From NCBI GenBank assembly GCA_963707025.1, contig CAVPOM010000009.1, positions 320,085 through 384,084 on the forward strand: a stretch of 64,000 bases of DNA, given 5' to 3'. A model generated the notes under the pieces. The model saw only the letters and a list, made by a program, of their open reading frames with translations, had not been told where the DNA came from and did not search any database. The DNA is from an uncultured Verrucomicrobiae bacterium. GTDB taxonomy: Bacteria > Verrucomicrobiota > Verrucomicrobiia > Limisphaerales > Palsa-1400. The position numbers and the translations under genes are program-made. Every line of letters begins with the position of its first letter. Position 1 is the stretch's first letter. Below are positions 57,736 through 64,000 of the stretch, piece after piece.

Positions 57736-58817
57736 GCACCCGCCCCATCCGACTTTTGGTGGTGGATGATTCCGCGCTGGCGCGCAAGATCATCACCAGC
57801 AGTCTGGCCCCGTTTGCTGACATCGAAGTGGTCGGCACCGCGGTGGACCCTTATGTGGCCCGCGACAAAATCCTGGAACTGTCTCCCGATGTCGTGACGC
57901 TGGACATCGAGATGCCGCGCATGGACGGCATCACCTTCCTCAAACTTCTCATGAAACACCATCCCATGCCGGTGATTATTATGAGTTCGCTTACCCCGGC
58001 CGGTTCTGTCAAAGCGATGGAGGCCCTCCACGCCGGCGCGGTGGACATCATGGAAAAACCGGGCGGCACCTTTTCCGCCCACGGCGACGGCGGCCGTCTG
58101 GTCGAAAAGATCAGGGCCGCCGCTGGCGCCCGGGTGCGCGCGCATCCGGAGGAAACGACTTTGTTCACCCGCCGCCCAACTCGGGCCGCGGGACAAGGGA
58201 CGCCCAGGTCCCGCTCGTTTCCCGCGCGCAAGATCATTTTGCTGGGGGCCTCCACGGGTGGCACCGAGGCGTTGAAATCGGTGCTGACTTCCTTGCGGGG
58301 CGACCTGCCGGGCATCTGCATCGTGCAACACATTCCGGCTTACTTCTCCAAGGCGTTCGCCGACCGGCTCAATCAAATCTGCCCGATGGAGGTGCGGGAG
58401 GCCAGCCACGGGGACATCCTCCAGCCGGGATTGGCCTTGATCGCGCCCGGCGGGCGGCATCTGCTCTTGAAATGGCAGGGGAGTCACTATGCGGTGGAAT
58501 TAAACGACGGGCCGCCGATCCATCATCAAAGGCCGGCGGTTGACATTATGTTTGACTCTGCCGTGAGAGCGGGGGCCGGCCCGCACGCCGTCGCGGCGGT
58601 GTTGACGGGCATGGGCGCCGACGGGGCGGCCGGCCTGTTGCGCCTGCGCGAAGCGGGGGCCGCCACGGCCGCCCAAAACGAAGAGACCTGCGTCGTCTTC
58701 GGAATGCCGCGGGAAGCGGTCCGGCTGGGCGCCGCGCAGCAAGTCCTGGCGCTGTCGCGCATCGGCCAGTTTTTGGAGCAGGAAAACCAGGAACCACCAC
58801 CCGATACTTATGAATGA
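57732..58817 (+). CDS. cheB: CheB methylesterase/response regulator
   Basis: REC domain (IRLLVVDDSALAR...DVVTLDIEMPRMDG) plus an esterase domain (LLGASTGGTEAL, IVQHIP, GMGADG). Confidence 0.92.
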   Translation: MSTRPIRLLVVDDSALARKIITSSLAPFADIEVVGTAVDPYVARDKILELSPDVVTLDIEMPRMDGITFLKLLMKHHPMPVIIMSSLTPAGSVKAMEALHAGAVDIMEKPGGTFSAHGDGGRLVEKIRAAAGARVRAHPEETTLFTRRPTRAAGQGTPRSRSFPARKIILLGASTGGTEALKSVLTSLRGDLPGICIVQHIPAYFSKAFADRLNQICPMEVREASHGDILQPGLALIAPGGRHLLLKWQGSHYAVELNDGPPIHHQRPAVDIMFDSAVRAGAGPHAVAAVLTGMGADGAAGLLRLREAGAATAAQNEETCVVFGMPREAVRLGAAQQVLALSRIGQFLEQENQEPPPDTYE

Positions 58818-59301
58818 CCAAATCGAACAGATAGACCGGTTAACAAGGGATGCGGTGAAGGAGGTCTTTCAAAGCATGTTGTCCATGGAGATGAACCCCC
58901 AGCCGCCCAGCCCGCTGCCGGCGGACCCCGCCGGGCAGATTATTGGTTCGGTCGCCTTCATCGGCGAGGCCACGGGCATCATTTACCTTTATTCCGGCAT
59001 GAGCTTTGCCACGGTCATCACCAGCCGCCTCCTGGGGATTTCCGAGCCGGAAGTGGACACCGGGGACATGGTGACTGACGCCATCGGTGAATTGAGCAAC
59101 ATGGTGGTGGGCTACGTGAAGTCGCGCCTGTGCGACAGCGGCTGGCCCTGCACGCTGACCATCCCCTCGGTGGTGCGCGGGCAGCAACTGAGCGTCGAAG
59201 GCTCGGCCCAAGTCACCAGAAGAGTGATCGGATTCCGCAACTGCCAATATCTTTTGTTGGCGGAAGTGTTGCTAAAAGAGTCCAAAGCGAAAGAATTATG
59301 A
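58810..59301 (+). CDS. cheX: CheX-like CheY-P phosphatase (CheC/CheX/FliY family, single active-site motif)
   Basis: One D-x3-E-x2-N motif (DAIGELSNMVVG), followed about 21 residues later by Pro. Size is 163 aa. Confidence 0.65.
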   Translation: MNDQIEQIDRLTRDAVKEVFQSMLSMEMNPQPPSPLPADPAGQIIGSVAFIGEATGIIYLYSGMSFATVITSRLLGISEPEVDTGDMVTDAIGELSNMVVGYVKSRLCDSGWPCTLTIPSVVRGQQLSVEGSAQVTRRVIGFRNCQYLLLAEVLLKESKAKEL

Positions 59302-60422
59302 GTATCAAAATCCTGACCGTTGATGATAGCAAAACCATTCGCCTCATCGTGGCGAAGGCCTTCAAACCATTCGACTGCATGGTGCTGGAGGCGGACAATG
59401 GCATCATGGGCCTGGCGGTGGCCAGCCGCGAGAAGCCGGACGTCATTCTGCTGGACTACACCATGCCCGTGATGGACGGGTTTGAGGTCCTGGCGCGGTT
59501 GCGTTCCGACCCGGACCTGAAAGCCACCCCGGTGATCATGCTGACCGCGGAAGCGGGGCGCGCGACGATCATGAAGATCGCCAAGCTCGGCGTGCGCGAC
59601 TACCTCATCAAGCCATTCAAAGGCGAACTGCTCATCGAGCGCGTTGGCCGTGTGGTGGAGCTGAAGGACAAGAACGCCGCTGTCGCAAAAAACAAGCGGT
59701 TTGACGACCCGATCCACATCCTGGTGGTTGATGACAAACCCGCCATCGTCGAGCAAATTCGCGCCGGCCTGGCCGACACGCCGTGGAAGCTGACCAGCGC
59801 CGACCAACCCGGGCAGGCTCTGGACAATTGCATGGAGAACGGGGTGGATTTGGTGTTGGCCAGCTTGTCGCTGCCCAATGACGGGGCTTATATGCTCTTT
59901 CAAAACTTGCGCGGCTTTGCCAACACCGCCTCAATCCCGATGATTGGGATGTGCGTGCGCACCGCCGCCGCCGAGCTGGCGCGCGCCCAGCAAACCGGCT
60001 TCGCCAGCGTGATCACCAAACCAATAGACCCTGCCGAACTCAAGACCAAAGTCAGCCGCACCCTCAAACTGCAGACCTCGTACAAATACTTCCAGCAACG
60101 CGACGGCGTCCTGGCGCTGATGCTGCCCAAGGATTTCCATCCGGGCGTGGCGCAGGAAGTTTCCACTCATCTGGACAGCCAGTTGGCCGGCACCGTGGAC
60201 GCGGGCGGCAATAAAATGATCATTGATCTCCTCGCGGTGGAGGCCGCCAGCTTGCCCGTCATCGAACTGGCGATTTCCGCCATTCAGGCGGCCACCAAGT
60301 TATCCATGTGTTTCGCGGTAGTCGGTTCGGCAGCCATCAAGGGCCAGTTCCGCAGTTGCGAGGAAACCCAGTCCTGTGTGTTTGCCGAGAGTTTTGAACA
60401 GGCTCTGGCTCTTCTCAGATAA
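59298..60422 (+). CDS. Response regulator with REC, a second REC-like domain and a C-terminal STAS-like domain
   Basis: REC1 is KILTVDDSKTIR...DVILLDYTMPVMDG...MLTAE...KP. REC2 is ILVVDDKPAIV...DLVLASLSLPNDGA...KP. The last ~115 aa fit the STAS pattern (DGVLALMLP...MIIDLLAVEAASLPVIE...FAVVG...FESFEQALALL). The ATG overlaps the cheX stop. Confidence 0.7.
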   Translation: MSIKILTVDDSKTIRLIVAKAFKPFDCMVLEADNGIMGLAVASREKPDVILLDYTMPVMDGFEVLARLRSDPDLKATPVIMLTAEAGRATIMKIAKLGVRDYLIKPFKGELLIERVGRVVELKDKNAAVAKNKRFDDPIHILVVDDKPAIVEQIRAGLADTPWKLTSADQPGQALDNCMENGVDLVLASLSLPNDGAYMLFQNLRGFANTASIPMIGMCVRTAAAELARAQQTGFASVITKPIDPAELKTKVSRTLKLQTSYKYFQQRDGVLALMLPKDFHPGVAQEVSTHLDSQLAGTVDAGGNKMIIDLLAVEAASLPVIELAISAIQAATKLSMCFAVVGSAAIKGQFRSCEETQSCVFAESFEQALALLR

Positions 60423-61095
60423 ACACGGGATCTCCGGTTAAACCCGAACCCGGGGTTTCAGCCGAGTTCGCCAAACTGACTCAATTACATGAGCTGGCCG
60501 CCAGACTCTCCTCCCATTTGGAGATGGACGTGGATTTGCAAAGGTCCAAACCGGCGGCCGGGCCGTTCCAGAGATTTGCCGACAGCCTCTCCAACCCGGC
60601 CTTTCTCACGATGCTCAAGCTGCAGCCTCTGGCGGAGATCGGCCGGCTGAGCCTCCCGCCGCGGCCGCGCCTGTGAATTGTGGCCAGAGAATTCGGGATG
60701 CGAGCTCGGACTCTGGAAGGAATACGCCAAACCGGCCAGACGGAGGCCCGCCTCCTTTCCCTGGTCGCAAGCCTGATGATCCACCAAAGGTGCCGCACCA
60801 GGAGCATCCTCCTGGAGGCGCGGCCCGGCGTCCCGGGAAACGAAAGCAACCGCCGCCTCCGGCAAGACTTCGACCCCGGACAAACTCGCGAACCGCCGCC
60901 CATTGACCGCGTTGTTTTGGACTGGTCGGACCGTCCACAACGGATTTGGCGGAGAGGATGGCAAACGACGGCGCAGGCCCTGGAGGTTCGAGCGGATTCA
61001 TTTCGGGCGGATGAGTGCGGTTGAGCCTTGCTGGTTGCGCCCCGCCAAGCCGAGATATCGCCAAAAAAAGCTTCTAAGTAAACAAATAATGGTGA

Positions 61096-63473
61096 GTGCG
61101 CTTGGGTGGGTTGAGGCACACTGTCCTCAGTATGATTGTTGGAACAGTGGATTCTCATCGGAAAAGAAGCCGGAGTCCAGGCGGACAGCCGCGCGCAGAA
61201 TCTGACCTGCTTGCCCGGATCATGGAAATCAGTCCGGCGGGCCTTGCTGTCATCAATCGTGACGGCCGAATTACCTATGCCAATGCCCAAGCCGGGCGAA
61301 TTTTGGGGCTGGCCAAGGCTCGGATCACCCAACTCCATTACAACGCCCCGGAGTGGCAGGTCACCGATTACGAGGGACAGCCCTTTCCGGAAGACGAACT
61401 GCCTTTCCGGCGGGTCCTGCAGACGGGGCGCGCGGTGCAAGACGTGCGGCACGCCATCGTGTTGCCGGATGGGCAAAGAAAGCTGCTTTCCATTAACGCC
61501 GCGCCCATCCTGGATGAGTCAGGCCAGGTGGACAAAGTGGTGGCTGCCATTGAAGACGTCACGGAACGTATCCAGGTGGAGAGGGCGCTGCGCAGCAGCG
61601 AAAATTACTATCGCCGATTGCTCGAGTCGGTCAACGATGCCATTTTTTTGCATCCGATCACGCCCGATGGATTTTTGGGGCGTTTTACCGATTTCAACGG
61701 CGTCGCCTGCAAATGGCTGGGGTACTCGCGGGAGGAACTCCAGCAGAAATCGCCCATGGACATTGCCCCGGATTCCACCGCCGGGCAAATCGAGGCCCGG
61801 GAGAAAGAATTGTTGGCGCGAGACAGCATGATCTTTCAGACGACGCTGGAGACGAAAAGCCGGCCGGAGGATACCGGTCGAAATCAGCGCGCATCGTTTT
61901 GAGTGGGGTGGCCGGCAAATGATGCTCTCCATCGCTCGTGATCTGACGGAGCGCCGGGCCGCAGAGGCCGCCTTGCGCCAGAGCGAGGCACGGCTTAACA
62001 CCTTCAACGAAGCGGCCTTTGATGGCATCGTCGTCACCGAGCACGGGACTTTGGTGGACCTCAACCCGCGCATGGCACAGCTCCTGGGCTATGACATTGC
62101 GGAGTTGGTCGGCCGGAAAGTGTCTGATGTTGTCGCACCCGAGGATTGGTCTCTTGTCCAACAATGCCAGGCTTCGGGCCTCGAACAGCCCTATGAGAAC
62201 CGGCTGGTCCGCAAGGACGGTTCAGTTATCACCGTCGAAACGCAGGCGCGGCATTGCATCTACCTGGGCCGCCGCATGCGCGTGACCGTGGTCCATGACG
62301 TCACCCTGCACAAGCAGATGGAAGCACAATTGCGCCAGGCACAGAAAATGGAGGCGATCGGCCAACTGGCCGGGGGAGTGGCGCACGATTTCAACAACAT
62401 CCTGGCGGCGACGCTCCTGCACCTCGGCCTGTTGCGGCAGAATCCCGAATTAGGCCCGGGCACGAAGGAAACCATCAAGGAGGTCGAAAGGGAAACCCTG
62501 CGCGCGGCCAACCTGACGCGCCAACTCCTCCTGTTCAGCCGGCGACAATTAGCCCAAGTCGAGCCGTTGGACATGGAAGTGTTGATCGCGGACCTGCTGA
62601 AAATGTTGCGCCGGCTGTTGGGCGAGAACATCGAAACGACGTTCCAGGATCACGCGGGCACCAACTGGGTCTGCGCCGACGCGGGCATGATGGAACAGTT
62701 GGTGATGAATCTATGCATCAACGCTCGCGACGCGATGCCCGATGGCGGGCGATTGACGCTGGCGCTAACGAAGGTTGAGATCGAGCGTCAAGACGCAAGA
62801 CCAAACCCAACTGCCCGGTGCGGACAATTTGTTTGTCTGTCGGGTAACCGACACTGGATGCGGCATGGATGAGACCATTCTCGGGAGGATATTTGAACCG
62901 TTTTTTACCACAAAAGAAGCGGGCAAAGGGACCGGACTGGGGCTGGCCACGGTTTACGGGATCGTCAAGCAGCACAAAGGCTGGATTGATGTGGAAAGCG
63001 TGGTGGGTCAGGGCAGCACCTTCCGGGTTTATCTTCCTGCGGGGACAAAGCCGTTGGACGCGGCGAGGAATCCCAAGCATGCTGTGGAAATCATATGCGG
63101 CTCCGAGACGATTTTGCTGGTGGAGGACGAACCCTTTGTGCGCCGAACGGTCGCATTGGGACTCCGCAAGCTGGGCTACGCAGTGCTGGAGGCTGGCACC
63201 GGGGTGGAAGCCTTGAAAGTGTGGGAACTGCACCATCAAAGAATCGCGCTATTATTCACGGACATGATCCTGCCGGAAAACATCACCGGGTTGGACCTGG
63301 CGAAGCGGCTCAAGAATGAAAAAGCAACTTTGAAAGTTGTGATCTCCAGCGGCTACAGCGCCGATTTGGCCGAAACGCCTTCCATCGCGGAGAAGGAGTT
63401 CGTCTATCTGCCCAAACCGTACAGCGCCATCGAATTGGCAAAGAGCGTGCGGCGGTGCCTGGACAATTGCTGA
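61096..63473 (+). pseudogene. Hybrid PAS-PAS-PAS histidine kinase with a C-terminal receiver; two frameshifts
   Basis: PAS units, the H-box LAGGVAHDFNNIL, N/G boxes ([28 protein letters not shown]), and a REC domain ([12 protein letters not shown]...LLFTDMILP...KP). The frame changes at ~61860 (CCGGCCGG) and ~62842 (GGG). The total length is two nt more than a multiple of three. Confidence 0.8.
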
Positions 63474-63514
63474 GGATCCCAGCGGAACATGATTTGCCAA
63501 TTCAGTTGTTATTT

Positions 63515-64000
63515 ATGAAGACGAGATTATTGCTTGTAGAGGATCATCCCCTGTTGCGCCATGGGTTCCGCCAAGCCGTGGCCCAGCAACCGGATCTGAC
63601 ACTGGTGGGGGAGGCGGCGACCGGCGCGGAGGGTCTGAGGCTGGCGCGGGAGTTGACCCCGGATTTGGTGGTGATGGATATTCATTTGCCGGACATGAAT
63701 GGCATCGAGGCGACGCGGCGGATGATGGGCGCCGGGCCCAGCATCAAGATTCTCATTTTTACGGGGGAAACATCCCGCCGATTTGTTGACCAAGCCCTCT
63801 TGGCCGGGGCCTGCGGGTACCTTTCCAAAGCCGGTGCTTTGGAAGAGTTGATTCATGCGATTACCTTGGTAATGGAAGGAAAACTCTATTTAAGCCCTGA
63901 GGTCAACGCCGGCATACTGGAGGATTACCGCAAGAGCCTGGTTGAGGGACCCGAGCCGTCGAAGCCCTGCCTGTCGGAGCGCGAAAAGCAATTGCTGCGG
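63515..64000 (+). CDS. NarL/LuxR-type response regulator (3' end outside the window)
   Basis: MKTRLLLVEDHPLLRHGF...DLVVMDIHLPDMNGIE, and the beginning of the LuxR HTH (LSEREKQLLR). The frame is open to the window end. Confidence 0.85.
   Translation, partial: MKTRLLLVEDHPLLRHGFRQAVAQQPDLTLVGEAATGAEGLRLARELTPDLVVMDIHLPDMNGIEATRRMMGAGPSIKILIFTGETSRRFVDQALLAGACGYLSKAGALEELIHAITLVMEGKLYLSPEVNAGILEDYRKSLVEGPEPSKPCLSEREKQLLR

Overview
GC-rich bacterial chromosomal window. It is probably from a Gram-negative of the PVC group (Verrucomicrobiota-like). That placement is an inference from the prepilin-type N-terminus, the BlaR1-like sensor and the P- and L-ring flagellar genes. I recognised no rRNA, tRNA, CRISPR array or transposase.

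Content in order:
- 1-4.4 kb: a ComB-like gene end, a phosphofructokinase, an RHH antitoxin with a decayed PIN toxin stub, and a 5'-truncated, multiply frameshifted carB.
- 4.4-14.1 kb: a BlaI/BlaR1-type sensor pair, a GH51 arabinofuranosidase and a large secreted S53 peptidase.
- 14.3-19.2 kb: a MarR-lplT-aas-hydrolase lysophospholipid recycling operon.
- 19.2-23.9 kb: a VOC protein, a beta-carbonic anhydrase, a HEPN/MNT toxin-antitoxin cassette, and an NfeD-flotillin-PLDc_N operon.
- 24.3-37.9 kb: a minus-strand flagellar region (two bactofilins, then flgF-G-A-H-I, a rod-binding protein, flgN-K-L, and fliW-csrA). A plus-strand cheD-HDOD pair interrupts it.
- 37.9-38.9 kb: a roughly 1 kb lower-GC intergenic region with short repeat arrays.
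- 38.9-47.7 kb: glycosyltransferase, TPR, prepilin, PAS-kinase, fucP and cytidylyltransferase genes.
- 48.2-48.4 kb: an hsdM remnant.
- 49.0-60.4 kb: a complete chemosensory operon (two MCPs, cheW-A-R-D, HDOD, cheB, a cheX-like gene and a REC-REC-STAS regulator).
- 61.1-64.0 kb: a hybrid PAS kinase and a NarL-type regulator.

Main points of interest: the twice-occurring, start/stop-overlapping cheD-HDOD module; the unusual che operon output; the heme-c plus hemerythrin MCP; bactofilins heading the flagellar rod operon; the repeat arrays; a TA cassette bracketed by a duplicated gene 5' end; and about 16 single-nucleotide frameshifts concentrated in a few genes.
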